DNA of 64,000 nucleotides. Source: Paragordius varius. Its lineage: Eukaryota; Animalia; Nematomorpha. The DNA lies in the NCBI GenBank assembly GCA_964247055.1, contig OZ176052.1, forward strand, positions 8,246,001 to 8,310,000, given 5' to 3'. The translations under genes and the position numbers were made by a program. How positions within the stretch are numbered: position 1 is the first letter of the stretch; each line of letters starts with the position of its first letter. The notes under the pieces are model-generated. The model was not told the DNA's origin, did no database searches, and was given only the letters and a program-made list of their open reading frames with translations. Positions 1 through 14,126 of the stretch are shown here, piece after piece.

Positions 1-341
1 TTAAAAAGAATACTTTTTTATATTTTATCATTTAAACCAAAGGTGGCCAAGCCAGACTTAATGTGCGGCCTCCGAAAAAATTGAAAATACATAAAATATA
101 AAAATATGCTCACAAAATCTTAATAAAATTGATATTACTTTAATTTCAAATAAATCCAACTGGCAAGAACTAAAAAAATTGCTATATTGTTTTTGCATTT
201 TACAGTTTTGTGTTTTAAATCTAACTAATTTCTTATGAATGCCCATATATATTTCGAATGTAGCCCGCTAAATCATTTGTGCTGAACACCGCTAATCTAA
301 GTAATATTGATTATTTTAATCACATATACGTATTTATATAG

Positions 342-3300
342 ATATCACATTCCAATGAATTTCCTATTGAAGTTGTAAATGACGAAAATATTGAAGGCAA
401 ATCAACGTTAGTTTGTCAAAATATGGATTCCAACCTAGATTTTAAGGCCCTACTCAAACCTAACCCTTGCGAACAAAATGTCGATTTTGACATGGATAAC
501 AAATGCATTAAAAATATCTATAATTCCAAAACTTTGCCATTAAACAACGAAAAGCGACGTGAAAACAAATTGCTGGATGACAGCAAAATATTTAATTTTG
601 TGTTCTTTAAATCATTATTTGATTCGTTTTCGAAATTGTTTCGCTCCGATTCGTTTTATGTCAAAACTGAATTAAACGATAGCGACCAAGAGGAAAACCT
701 GATTGCGGATTTCAGAGATTCAAATGCTGAAAACAAATGCTTACGGCATGACTTAGAAACTTACATGCTAAACCGAAATAATCAAAAGTCGTTTGGCAAA
801 AAGGTATGATCAGATTTAAAAAAAATATGTTAGAAGTTTTTTTAATAGTCTGCTTTGTTTAATTAAAAACTAAAAGTACTCCCATACTGACTTTCAGATT
901 AATTAGGACCTATGAATTAGACTATTGTTAAATCCATTTTTATGGTCTTTTGTAGCCATAATATATGTATAAACAAGTTTAACCTTGAAACTGTTATGAA
1001 AACATAATTTTATAAATTTTTAGTTGCAATGATGCATAATTGATTTTTCCTGTGTATATTTTGATTAGTCATATTTTTGTACACACTGTTATTATGAAGC
1101 CTTTTTCTTCTAATTTAATAATTTAAGTGACATATAGAAGTGGTTTATTGAAAATTTTTAATTAAATTTGCATAATTTTGAGATAAATGGAAACACTTTC
1201 AATTACAGTTTATATTGCATGATATATAATTTTTCAATAATTTACGATGTATTGTAGGTATATGAAATTTATTTATATTAAACAATTGGTTGATAATCCA
1301 TCAACCATTTTATTTATGCGCCATTATATTGAATTCTTTGGCTATAAATATTATTTTGTGACCACTTAGAATGGTCAAATGTTGGATAATCTGCACGGTG
1401 AAATGGAACCACATTCAGATAATTTTCATGCGAATTCAAATCGTATAAATGGGAAAGAATCTTTTTTGTTGGGTAATCCCGTCATTCAACGCATTAAGGT
1501 CATCATGTCGCTCGGTTTATTGATCGTTCACATTCATTCCCGATTTTTCTTGAGTTATTACAAATCTTCGTCACATCCCATGGCCAGTAGATTGGGTTGG
1601 ACTGCAACGATACAGAAAAGACTTAATCTCTCATCATTATCCACTCACATGGATAATAACAATAATAAAATTATGATGGGGGAAGGAAAGTCTTTAACAC
1701 CTTCTGGATCACTCTTTATATTTTTGGTGACCAGGTGAAATAATTTTTATGCCATTACAGTCTCGTTAATATATTGGTATACGTTTACTCTTTTTTGTAA
1801 CGGAGTAAAATAATTGTATAATGATGGTAAAAAATAGAAGCAATTATGGTTCTATCTCAATATTAATTACTTTTACTTATAAATTATTTCCATGATCAAA
1901 TAATTTTTAACTAATTACGGTTTTTATGGTGAACAGTAAAAATACAAATATGGTTTCATATAGTATATTTTCAGTAAATAATGTTAAAGGGAATGATTTA
2001 CAATATATGTTTAGTTGGGCATATGTGTATTATATTCAAAGATACATTTTATATCGAGTTATTTAAATTTTTGCGATGCTTTATTATTTACTTCGTTAAT
2101 AAAATATTCTTTTGGACATCTCATTTTTTATTTGAGTTTGATGTTTAGCAATTGACTATGTCTATCATAAGTTCGAATTTATAAATATAGTATTTAAATA
2201 ATTGGTCTAATGACATATTGTTTAACCTCAAATTTTTAATATAATTTCTTACATAAATATAATAATTAAACGTTGGTGTTTGTTCATTATTACCAATTTA
2301 TTATCGTATTATACCATAACAATACTCTAAGACTACTTTGTAGTAATTCAAAATATTATCAATTGATCTATTCCTAAAATATTCTACGTTTATAGAATTT
2401 TCGATTTAAAAATCGAGGACTATGTTACAATTATATTTGGGATTTTAACAACTCTGCATTACCATTTTTTACATCAATCAAAACCACGGACCCATACCGG
2501 TGATGATGTATTGGATGATAATTTTGAAAAGAGTCATATCACCGTTAAAGAAAAAGCAAATAGCCATTTTCCCCAAAAAACATCTGATCACAATAATGTA
2601 TTAGTTCGAAGGGATCAAAATATAGTTAATCTTTCGACGCCAGATAAAAAGCCTTTACAAAAAGGTTTAATTTTGGAATATTATTATTAATTTAATTTAC
2701 CCAATAATTCATGATTTGTATTAATTACATTATCAATCTATATATTTTTTATTGTAGCTGATAATAGACGAATATCCTTTATAATTGGAGAATCTCTTGG
2801 TGCTAATGATAAAGTCGAAAAATCTGATCAAGCGATACAGACCGAAATCGAGGTTTGTGCTATATAAGAAAAAAATCGACTTACAATCTATAATATCGTT
2901 TAATTTGAAAAATAGGCCACCATTTTTATCAAGATATAATAATAGTAGTATAATAATGCTAGGGATTAAAAATGTCGATTATTATTGTTCACAAAATACT
3001 ACTTTTAAGATTTTCTACGTATAAATAGTTTAAAGTTTACATGTTTTATAGTGTAGATCAGGGGGTGTCCAACACGCGGGCTGCAGGCCGCATGCCACCC
3101 TCTAAAATATTTCCGCAGCACGCGAGAAATTGCAAATACCTAATATTACAAATCTAAGTAAAATTAATTTTTTTAACAAATTTTCTGGCAATGAACTGGC
3201 AAAATTTTTTAAAATAACTAATAGTTTTTCAGTCCTAATCTAATAAAATATTTGTTTATACCCATATACTTTGCGGATGCGGCCCTTCAATATTTTGTAT

Positions 3301-6300
3301 CTGAAAATGCTGCATGCGAAGCCATTTGTGTTGGATACCCCTGGTGTAGATATAAAAAAGATGAGGCAAGTTACTTAAATTGAAATAACTTTTATATCAA
3401 TCTACATTGTTATGGCATTTGTATTTGCAATACTAATATTTGATATAAAATGTAATTTTCGCCATAATGCATATTACCATAAAACATTGTTTACAGATTA
3501 TTGTATTCTTTAAATAATTTATAGAAAAGTACTCTAAGTTTAATACACCAAGAAAGTTTTGCCGAACCTGTTGTTGATCGAAATTTTCAACTTAACACGA
3601 AGGATTATAACATTCTTAAGGGATATATAAATAAAACTATACCATCTCAAAACCTTGATCAAGTTTGCGGCAATGATTGGGAAAAAGCAATACTTATTCG
3701 CAGGCTTGCCATTGCTTATAATCAAAAATATGGAGCTGTCAGTTGCGATGAAAACAACTTAATAGGTTTTATATTTTATTTAAAGCTCTATTTATCAAAA
3801 ATGAATTTTTATCATTTCTTAGATTTAATTAATGAATTAAATGATGAATATGATGGATTTTCCGGGATACCATTCAATGGTTACAGAGATTATGGGTTGG
3901 TCAGTGGTGCATGTTGTGAAAATGTCATAGGCTTTATGCCTCTACCTTTGGGTAACATTTATTCTATTATTTAGCGATATTTTAATGAAATTTAAATACG
4001 TTTTCACCTATTGTTATTTAATTATTTTAAGTTCCGAAATATGTATACTATATTTTTAATCCAATTTACTCTCAAACCATTTATAAACTTTCATATTTAA
4101 TTAAAATACATATTATAATTATTATGATAGGCATTGTCGGACCACTCATTGTTAATGGTCGATTCTATTACGTCCCAATGGCGACCACAGAAGGATGTTT
4201 AGTGGCGAGTACTAATAGAGGATGCCGTGCTATTACAGTACACAATTATTATATATTTAATTCATGCGAATTTCAATTTGGTTATTTTTAAAATTAAAAA
4301 TTTCATATGTCTAAAACAAAACCTATAAAGATCTCGTCCTGTTCTATAAACTTGCAAATGAATTATTTAATAACATTGTTTCAATAATAACCGTTGATTT
4401 ATAAATAATTTTAATAGGATTTATATTTTCTCATGTTTAAAGAATTAATTTTAAAATCGACTCATCTAACCTTATTACAGTCGCTTTGATACTTATAATA
4501 CCATAAAATTAATGAAATCGATTTTAACATGTTTTATTACGTACAAAATTTCTGTATTTATACAATGCTGAAAAGAATATAAATAAAAATAATGTCCCAT
4601 TATAGGCAACTATAGATAAATCCATTGTTTAATATAAATTTTATGCGTAACATATTTTTTTGATAAGTTTGCCAAAAAATATCTAGCCTTAAAATTTTAG
4701 GAAAAAACGAAGTTAAAAAACCAAAGTTGGCATTAATGGGAAAATTTTTAGTTATACAAAACTTTCATATATAGGACAATATTTTTGCCATAAATTACAA
4801 ATTTACATACAGGAGAGTGTAAAACATTTTTCCCTAACGAAACAACCACAAAATCAGATGGAATCCTTTTCAACTCTATCAACCATTACATCGCTTGCTC
4901 AAACCGATTTTAACAATAACGATGTATGCAGCACAAATGAAATGCCTGTGCCTGGAGTCAGTGCCCATTTATTTGGTGATGGGATGAGTCGGGGACCAGT
5001 CATTAAATTTCCCACTGCGGCCAGAGCTGTGGCCGTTAAGGCTTGGTGCGAACAACCGCAAAATAGAGTCGAGATTAGTCGGATATTTGAGGCTACGAGT
5101 CGATTTTTGACGCTGACTCACCTTCAATTTGCAATCGCTGGTCGGCGCCTGTATATACGGTTCAAGGCACAGACTGGTGATGCCATGGGCATGAATATGA
5201 TGTCAAAAGGTTTTTAATTTTATTGTCATACACATATATTTGGGTGTTGAGTATATAACTTTGGTTTCATAAAGACTTGGTTTAACGAATCTTGAATATA
5301 GAGTTTACCGAATTTGAGTATTATATGTATAATTTTTTGTTACACTTAGGCTGTGATACAGTATTAAAATTCCTTGCATCTCATCATTCCGATATGGAAA
5401 TCGTTAGTGTTAGCGGTAATTTTTGTGTGGATAAAAAGGCATCAACGTTGAATTGGATAGAAGGACGCGGTAAATCTGTCGTGTGTGAAGCACTCATTTC
5501 CCAAGATGTTGTTTCAAAGGTACGTGATATTTATCGCATAAATTTTGAAACGCGAGACTTCTAAATTAAAATTTGTCAATATCAAACAAAGGATTCATCA
5601 GATTGATTATATATATATTACATCCATCTTTTTCAGCGGTAAAAGGATAAAAATCTATACCATTAAAATATTATTATTAAAAGTTTTATATCATATAATA
5701 AAAAAAATAAAAGCATTAGCATAAGGAAACAAGATAAGAAGAAGATAACATTATCCTCTTCCGCTCCATTAAAGTTATTTTCTATCAAAAATTTTAATTC
5801 GCATAAAGTTCAAACGAATTAGAGTTTATCCAATTTTTGAGAAGCGACCAAATTTTACTTCAATTTTTAAAAACACAATATACATTTGAACTGAGTTTTG
5901 AGTTAATAGCATTAACGACTATAGAAAGTGTTTTTATAGTAGTTTAAAATATAAAAAAAATTACAAAATACCTAATATGCTTTACATAGATTTGCTAATT
6001 AATTTTTAAAGCAAAAAGCTTGTAAAAAATTGATGTGATAAAGCATATATTCAAAAGAATATATCTCAATCCTAACTTTTTTGCCACTAGCTCGTCTCAA
6101 CTGGTCACGACAATGGGTAGTTATTGTCCGACAAAAATTTAACAAACATTGTTTAGTTTGTGAAATATAAATGATATATATATTAACAATATTTTTAAAG
6201 TGTCTAATAAAAAGCGATATTTTTAAAATTACTTGTTAGCTCCAAAAAATACTATGAGAATGCTGATATATTTATTTTTAGAACAGGGTGTCGAACACGC

Positions 6301-8131
6301 TTTGTTCGGTAAGCAAAAGTGTTCCAAAAAATGTTGAAAAATCAAAAATTGGATTTGGAATCAAAAATTTACGATTAAGAAGATATATCATCCAAAATTA
6401 GGCAATTAAATAAATAAAAATTTTATAACAGCCCCCGAAGACATTGTGCACCGCCCTATTAGAATATATATTTTATTAATAATTTTCTTTGATACAATTT
6501 TTGCTTTATTAAATTATTTTCTATTTACGAGCTATTTCCCCTTATACAAATGGTTTATTTTGCCGCTTATTATCATCAAAACTTAAAAAAGTCTAGAATC
6601 TAATCTTTGTTTTAATAATAAAAACACCTTATGAGTTTCATATTTTTATATTTATAATCTTCATTGTAACACGTGATTATTAAAGTTAACGCATCCTATA
6701 AATTTATGAGTTTAAATTAATTTCTCAGGTGTTAAAAACAACCGTACCTGCTTTGGTTGAATTAAACCACGATAAAAATTTGGTGGGATCCGCCTTGTCT
6801 GGAACAGTTGCTGGTTCCGGTTGTAATGCTCATGCAGCAAATATTGTTGCCGCCATTTATATTGCTACTGGACAGGTAATATATTATAAATGGATAATTT
6901 TAATTATATTTTTACCTTTTATGTGACATTATTTTTTCAATTATTTTAAAGACAAGTAGCGTTTGAAAAACGTATTATTTATGATTTTAGGATCCGGCAC
7001 AAGTTGTTACAAGCTCTAGTTGTATGACTCTAATGGAGTATGGTGGACAACATGGACAAGACCTATTAATTTCTTGTACTATGCCATGTTTAGAATTGGG
7101 TACCGTGGGAGGTGGAACTATACTTTCGGCTCAAAAAGCTTGTTTAAAAGTAATCAACGTTTCTTTTGTGAATAGTTTGAAAGCACTGACTAGTGCAATA
7201 AAATCGATGAAAATATTTTTATTTATTCCATACCATAAATCTTTAATTTATACATAAATGATTAGTTTTGTACAATTTTTTTTCCAAACTTGATCAAAAG
7301 TACGAAATTATACACGAATTTTAACCAATCCTTTTCTCCTCTTTGTATGCTAGATCATGGGTGTTGATGGTGCTCATGCTACTAAACCAGGGAATAATGC
7401 CATCCTTTTTGCACAAATTGTGTGTTCAGCAGTTTTAGCCGGTGAACTTTCTTTGCTATCGGCCCTATCAGCTGGTCATTTAGTCAAGAGTCATTTGAAA
7501 TATAATAGGTAAAAGTAATTTTTATAATGTGGTATTATTACGGGATGATGTTTTTGTATAAACCAGGGGTGTTCAACACAAATGACTTCGCGGGCCGCAT
7601 TTTTGGAGTAAAAAATATATGGGGATTAATAATTATTTTATTAGATTTTAAACATTGATAATTTTTGCTAGTTCATTGACATTAGGAAAAATTTATTTAA
7701 TGATTAATTTAACTTCGTATGAAATTCGCGAGCTGCAGAATTATTTTGGAGGGCCGCATGCTGGATACCCTTGGTATAAACGATTGTAAAATTTCGTGAA
7801 ATTATCCTACAAACGAAAGTTAGACTGAAACTTAACTTATAAATCATACTTGTCATAAAATTAAATCTTAAAGTACCAAATGATGAGTGAAACCGTCCAT
7901 CAATAGTAATCACTCACTAGTTTCGAGCTGTTTACTCATTAGTATGATATAACTTTATATTTGCATTTTATTATGTAAGTTTAATAACAAATTTCAGTCC
8001 AATTTTTGTTTATGATTGGATTTAACAATTGTTTAAATAATTTATGATTGAACTATTAATTATTATTACAGATATTTATATTTTTTATCAAATAAAGATC
8101 GCAAAAAAATCTAAACGTATCAACATCCTAA
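342..8131 (+). CDS. HMGCR: 3-hydroxy-3-methylglutaryl-CoA reductase (class I), 5'-partial. Exons: 342-803, 1370-1734, 2396-2664, 2758-2852, 3525-3765, 3823-3951, 4131-4237, 4813(or 4858)-5209, 5350-5519, 6729-6875, 6991-7149, 7354-7508, 8098-8131
   Basis: GT-AG joins are phase-compatible throughout. Motifs: [24 protein letters not shown] (membrane span), [102 protein letters not shown]|SQKNL. Catalytic Glu/Lys/Asp/His and the NRS phosphosite are present. Exon 342-803 and the last exon are less certain. Confidence 0.93.
3059..3343. mobile_element. Non-autonomous hAT (Buster/Charlie-type) MITE in an HMGCR intron
   Basis: Termini CAGGG(G)GTGTCCAACAC ... GTGTTGGATACCCCTG; perfect 8-bp TSD GTGTAGAT at 3051-3058 and 3344-3351. 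Confidence 0.9.
7564..7773. mobile_element. hAT MITE (same CAGGGGT family) in the last HMGCR intron
   Basis: Termini CAGGGGTGTTCAAC ... GCTGGATACCCTTG; perfect 8-bp TSD GTATAAAC at 7556-7563 and 7774-7781. Confidence 0.88.
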
Positions 8132-8429
8132 GCAATGGATATGGATATGTGACGAAAGCAGTTGTTCAATGTGATATTACAATTCTTTATCTTTATCAAA
8201 ATTATCGAGTCTCTTTTATTTATTTACTTAAATTCATTTTTCTATGACACTATGATTTTAATCTAAGTTGAATTTTTAACTTTTATTTCGCCAAACTTAG
8301 TCAATCTTTAATTATATAAATTATCCCAATGTATGTAATATGTATAAAATTATTTATTTATATACAATCGCGTTTTTATTTTTACTACTTGCACATCATC
8401 ATTTTAAATAATCCAAATTATTTAGGCCA

Positions 8430-9420
8430 ATTTTTCAAACAAATTATTATAACGTTTTAATATTTTCTATGGAATAATTATCCATAATCCAATCAATGCC
8501 GCCATTAGTTTCCTTGTTGTTTGATTGTATTTTATGAAATGTTCCAATAAATCTTTAAATATATAGAAATAAATGATAAATATAATCTAAATTTTAAATT
8601 TGGAAATACAATCGTTTGGTCAATTTGTTATTATTTTATCTAAACTTTTTTTTTAAAAAACGATTAATTTAAGAAAAAAACTCTCTAACGCATATAAATG
8701 TTTCCTAATAAATATAGTTATGGGATTAGAAAAATTAAGGTGTTATAATATATTTTCCAAACAAAAAGATATTACAGTAACATCAAGCCAGCCTATAATC
8801 TTCGGTTAAAAAAGTTAAAGAAAATAATATCCAATAACGATCCATGTTTAAATATGCATTATTTATTCTCTCATGATCTTCTGTCCACTTAATTTCTTAA
8901 ATTCCTTTTTGAGCGCTTACCGAGCTGTCCATTTCCTTTACAGTTTACCTTTCTGAACCAGTGATAGGTTTGACCATACAATAATTTAATACATATATTA
9001 TTTATGCGTCCATTTTTGATACCTTATTAAATTTGGTTGTTACTTTCCCTTGGTATAAGGTTTTTGCGCTGGATATAAATATGTAATCCTATTTGGAGTA
9101 ACTAAGCTTGATAATATTGTAAACACCATATTTAACACAACTTATTAAGTACCTGGTTTTTATATCTTAAAATCTAGCAAACCTGCTCTTATAATTTCGC
9201 TTATTTCGTAAGGGTTTGTCATATATCGAATTATAATTCAGTCTCTAAGCGCAACTTTAATGATAGTACTTCCTAAGTAATCTAACGCTGTTAGTTTAAG
9301 ATAAAGTTGGTTGTTCCTCTATCAGGGGTATTGATGTAGGCGGTAATTTTCTATAAGCATTTCTAAACCTTATTTTTTAAACGTCTCCAAACATAAGCAA
9401 TGTATTTGAATAACTTAAAC
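8430..9420 (-). mobile_element. Highly decayed Gypsy-like pol remnant (RT connection/RNase H)
   Basis: Minus-strand fragments EIKWTEDHERINNAY (RT-RNase H linker-like) and YNQTTRKLMAALIGLW (RNase H-like), with many stops. Boundaries approximate. Confidence 0.4.
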
Positions 9421-10682
9421 TAATTTATTTTTTAATTAGTGACCTAGATATGGATACTCATATTTTAAGTGTAAATTAATTTTTTTAAAAAACTCATGAC
9501 ATATAATACGGAAAAAACGTCAATTATTTTTCACAAAAACTATGGTTTTACCACCTTTTTTCCTATAAAAAATATCTAACAAAATATAATTGAGAGTATT
9601 GTCATTTTACAACTCTCTCCCTATGATAAAAGCTTCAAAAACAGTTTAAAAATTTGTCTAACTTTTTGTGTTTGTTCATATTTTACTCTAAGTTTTATTG
9701 CTATCTTTCATCTTTCAGTAATGGCATGGTTTTGTTAATATTATTTAATAAATGGGAAAGATGATAGGCATGCGTAAATAAAATATTTGTATAACATCAA
9801 GTTTAAAAAGCGAGTATCTATAATTTTTTATAAGATGTTGGTTATACGTCGTAGATCTAATTACAAATAAAGATTTGGTAGTAAATAGGTACACTTGTCG
9901 GATGATTTTTTAGTCAATAAAAAAATTAAACTATCTCTTTCTTTGTCTATAAAAGGCGAATTGGAATTTAACTGATTTTAGAGCTTTAACATTCCCACTT
10001 TAATAATGAGTACGGGAAATTTGGGCTGTTTCAGCGAAACTCTGACACATAAGTCAGATAATGTATATATATAAGAGAATGGTTACCTTTCAAATAAAAA
10101 CAATTAAAAAAATTTACATATAAATATATACTTTGACAGAAATTGTGCAAAAAATCCCGACTCAGAATTATGCTTAATTACAAAATAAATGACATCAATT
10201 GAACAGAAAAGATTATCTAAAATATATATATAAATTTACTTTTATCTTCCTTAGTTTGAATTTTGTGTGGATATACCAAAAGAATATTATCTTCTTTTAT
10301 TGGAAATAAGCTGGAAACATCTTTTCTATGCTTTAATTTATCTAAGATATTTCGACACTAAATTAAAACTAATATTACATCATGACTCGTTAAGTCAGCA
10401 ATCATTTTATTATTGTTATCAGTCAAATATTCGGAAACGGTAAGAAAAGCCTATTTATCATATATGATAAACTTGTTTAGCACCCAGAGTAAATGAGGCA
10501 ATATCGAATTCATTATCATAATTATTACGTATGTAGTTTTGTTTAATCCAATTGTTTAACTTTGTAATGGGATTCACCAAATATAAAATTTTAGCGTTAC
10601 TATTAAATCGTGCAAATTGAAAAGCTCTAAAAGGGATAAGGTGTAACATGTGTTACGGCATAACAACCATCGATCTGATTAA

Positions 10683-11257
10683 CACTTGAATACAACACAT
10701 TCAAGTCCTTCGATTCAAATTGGGGTAGTAAATACCCCAGGCCTGTTTAAAATTAAATTCTTTAAAAAATATAGAAGGAATCGAAACCATGGCAAAATTT
10801 TGCACTTATCTAACATTAATAAACCGAAATATATATAAAATTTTATTCAAAAATACTTGATAATACTTATTTTAAGCTAAAACCGAAAGATAAAAATTTC
10901 GTCATCGTGACATTCTCAAATTGTAAAATTAAAAAATTATGAAAACTAAACCGCTTTTTCTATTTCTATCAATGTTAGATGTAATTTATATAAAAAATTA
11001 TCTTTAGTTTTACCCTTAAAATTAAATAAAAACGATATTTTGCAAAAATTTTGTAAAATAAAAATGGCGTCGAAGTAGTTTGAGATGGAGCTTTTTTTTC
11101 ATAACAAAATTTTATCAAGATATTTTGGCATATTTATATAATATTTATCAGGATAGAAGCATAAATTTAAATTAGAACCGTTTTCTTTAGTAGTTTTTAA
11201 AAATATTAATTTAAATTTAGTCTGGGGTATTTAGATACCCCAATTTGAATCGAAGTG
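10683..11257. mobile_element. TTAA-flanked (piggyBac-like) MITE, about 575 bp
   Basis: TTAA at 10679-10682 and 11258-11261; CACT...AGTG termini with subterminal inverted GGGGTA/TACCCC motifs; a full-length inverted homologue lies at 49917-50486. Confidence 0.8.
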
Positions 11258-11284
11258 TTAAATAAAAAATTAGCTTTAATATTT

Positions 11285-11980
11285 AAGAAACCATGGCAAA
11301 ATTTTGCACTTATATATCATAATAAACCGAAATATGTAGAAAATTTTATTCAAAAATATTTGAGATTACTTATTTTAAGCTAAAACCGAAAGGTAAAAAT
11401 TTCGTCAACGTGACATGTGTGCAATGGTAAAATTAAAAAATGATAGAAAATAAACCGCTTTTTTATATCAATGTTAGATGTAAATAAAAAATTAGCCTAA
11501 ATTTTACCCTTAAAATTAAATGAAGACGATGTTTTGCAAAAATTTTGTAAAATAAAAATGGCGTTGAAGTAGTTTGATATTAAACTTTGGTTAAAACAAA
11601 ATTTTATTTAGATATTTTGGCATATATATATACTTTTTATTAGGATAGAAGTATAAATTTACATTGCGACCGTTTCATTCATAGTTTTTCAAAAATCCTA
11701 ACTCAAATTAAGTCTGGTGTATTTAAATACCCAATTTAAATTGTTAAATGAAAAATACATTTTAGCTACCAAATCAAATAAACACGATATTTTGCAAAAA
11801 TGCTGTAAAATAAAAATGGCGTTGAAGTAGTTTGATATTTGTCATCAAACTAAATTTTTTAAATATTTTGGCTCATACTAGCAGAAATTTAATTGGAACC
11901 ATTTTCGGTAGTTTTTTTAAAATATCCACTTAAATAGTGTCTCCGGTATTTCGATACCCCAATTTAAGTCGTAGTGTTTA
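11285..11980. repeat. Tandem, partly truncated copies of the preceding TTAA MITE
   Basis: Blocks such as AAACCATGGCAAAATTTTGCACTTAT, AAAATGGCGTTGAAGTAGTTTGA and ATACCCCAATTT recur about 500 bp downstream, plus a third partial unit. Confidence 0.75.
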
Positions 11981-14126
11981 AGAATTTAAAAATATCTTTT
12001 TGGGGTATTTTGTTCAAAGGCTTAAATTAATGAATGTTGAAGCTGAGTAGAGACGGTATAAAAACATTTTAGGGTAATACGAAAACGTTTCTATTAAAAT
12101 CAATGATTCTGAAAATTTTCCCAGAATTTTGAATGATACCTTTGTTCGTCTTCTTATGTGAAAAACACGATTTATATTAAACCAATATTTGGAGACTGAA
12201 TTTTTTAATCAATGATCTGAGTGGAAGGAAATGCTTTGCATCATCGATTTAAAAGAAATGGTTTTTTAATATCATTATACCGCTTTCACCAGAAAAATAC
12301 CATAAAATACCTACAATATTAACCTAATTTAATATTATATCATGAATTCTTAAAAAGATTTTGGTGTGGTAATTTAATATATATATTTTTCTCGCAATCT
12401 TAGCATGTTTGCGTTAACAGATGAAACTAGCCCATTTTGAGGGGCAAAAATAAAGACTTACGGCACCTTTAAAAAATAAAATTTGTAAAATTTGCTTTCT
12501 ATTATTTTATAAAATATTTTTGGGTTATGTATTTTTGGAATAAGGCATTTAGCTTTGACAAAAATATTTTATTTAGTACGATATGCTCTAATTTTGCGAT
12601 TTCTCGATGTGGAGCACTCGGCAGAAAAGTGTTATTTTATTCTTAAGTGACTCATAAAACCACCATGAAAATCCCTGAATAATTTCTATTAAGAGTCACT
12701 ATTTGGGTAGTTAAAAATAAATATAAGATATTTTTTTGACTTTTTATGAATTCAGGCCTTAAGCAAGTAGCCAAAGCCTTGGTATTTGAATCTATTTACC
12801 ATTAAATAGTAACTTCAACAATTTATTGGGATTTTTTATATTAAATTTTTATAGTTAATCACTTAAATATATAAATTCGTAGTAAAATAAATTAAAATTC
12901 ACAAAACCTCCAATAATTCACAATTTTTCAAAAATTAGTTTTCTTTATCACAGAGATTCCGTTAAAATTTATGTTTAAAACTTGGAAGTTTTTTTGGGTA
13001 AAGGCCATTTTTTCAATTAAGCATATATCAAAACTCGCCACAGATTTGGGCCAGATTGACTAAAATGGTTGAAATATCATTTAAAACTTTATGATGCATC
13101 ATGCTTTGACTAGGAGGTACGGTACACATATGAATTTACAAAATAAGCCACAAACTTTCTATTACACAATATTTGTCAAAGTCAATTTATATAAATTACC
13201 GAAGTCATTTTATTATACTAAACCTCTGTAAAAAAATTTAAATATAGATTACCAAGTGTTTTAACCTTTGTGCATCTAATATTTTGTGAATATATGATAA
13301 AAATTCCTTACTCTTTGTGATAACTAATAGATATGCTAACAAGCTGTTTGCATTTTCAATTTTAAGTTTTTGAGTGGCGTTGACCCCCAACATTTGCAGA
13401 TATTTGATAAATTTTAAAATGTAAAGATTATTAAAGCTTTTTAAATAATACCGTTTCATTTGCAAATTTGGCGATTTAATAAATAGGATATTTGGCAAAT
13501 AATTAAGGTGTAGATTTTATGCATAAATTTTTGACCAAAATATTTGAAACCCGTGTAATTCATATTTTTATGGTGGCAGTAATTATATATTTATCAATTT
13601 ATGTAAAATATACCCCAAAAAATACCAAAGTATTTGTTAATAAGTTTTAACAAATTAGATGGAAACTAACCTATATTTCACAATTATAAGATGAACCCAA
13701 TTAAAAATTATGTTAAAAAAATCATTTTATAAAATTGTTGGTTATCATTTCGGAAATAATAATTTAGTATGCCTCAACTTAACAATGTTAAACTCGGATG
13801 GCCTATTTATTTTTTGGCTAAAAAGTCTCCAGTAATGCAACCGGTATATGACAATACAATTATTTTATAATCATTACCCTTTGGTTAAAGAAAAAATTGG
13901 TTGTTTAATTAGTTTCATACCTGCTTAAATTACATTGAATATCTTAATTTATCGGTAGGATGCCAAAGATATGAGACTGGTGTTCTTAATTGTATGTCCG
14001 TTGATAATAATAATATTGGAAAAATATATTTTGCTTCAGTTTTATCTTTCATTATTAAAATTTAACATTCTAATAATTTAAATATGTTTTAAAAACATAT
14101 GTAAAATTATTAAGTTTTTTATTTGT

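Noticed and set aside
1258-1369. Apparent frameshifted HMGCR transmembrane exon
   Set aside because: It needs several indels, whereas the acceptor at 1369 joins in phase without any, so the segment is treated as intron.
4238-4857. TCCCTAAC near the HMGCR acceptor as a U12-type branch point
   Set aside because: The donor is GTACAC, not the U12 consensus GTATCCT.
13238-13498. 86-aa minus-strand ORF followed by a 26-nt GT-AG segment, first considered as the MSH5 C-terminus
   Set aside because: MSH5 closes better at 14333-14127 with a matching C-terminus. Removing the 26-nt segment leads to a stop within 7 codons, and there is no recognisable homology.
13769-14065. Two-exon plus-strand 75-aa candidate (MPQLNNVKLGWPIYF...|FHTCLNY...SVLSFIIKI*) convergent with MSH5
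   Set aside because: In-frame GT-AG join, but no upstream exon could be linked and no family recognised; could be chance in AT-rich DNA.
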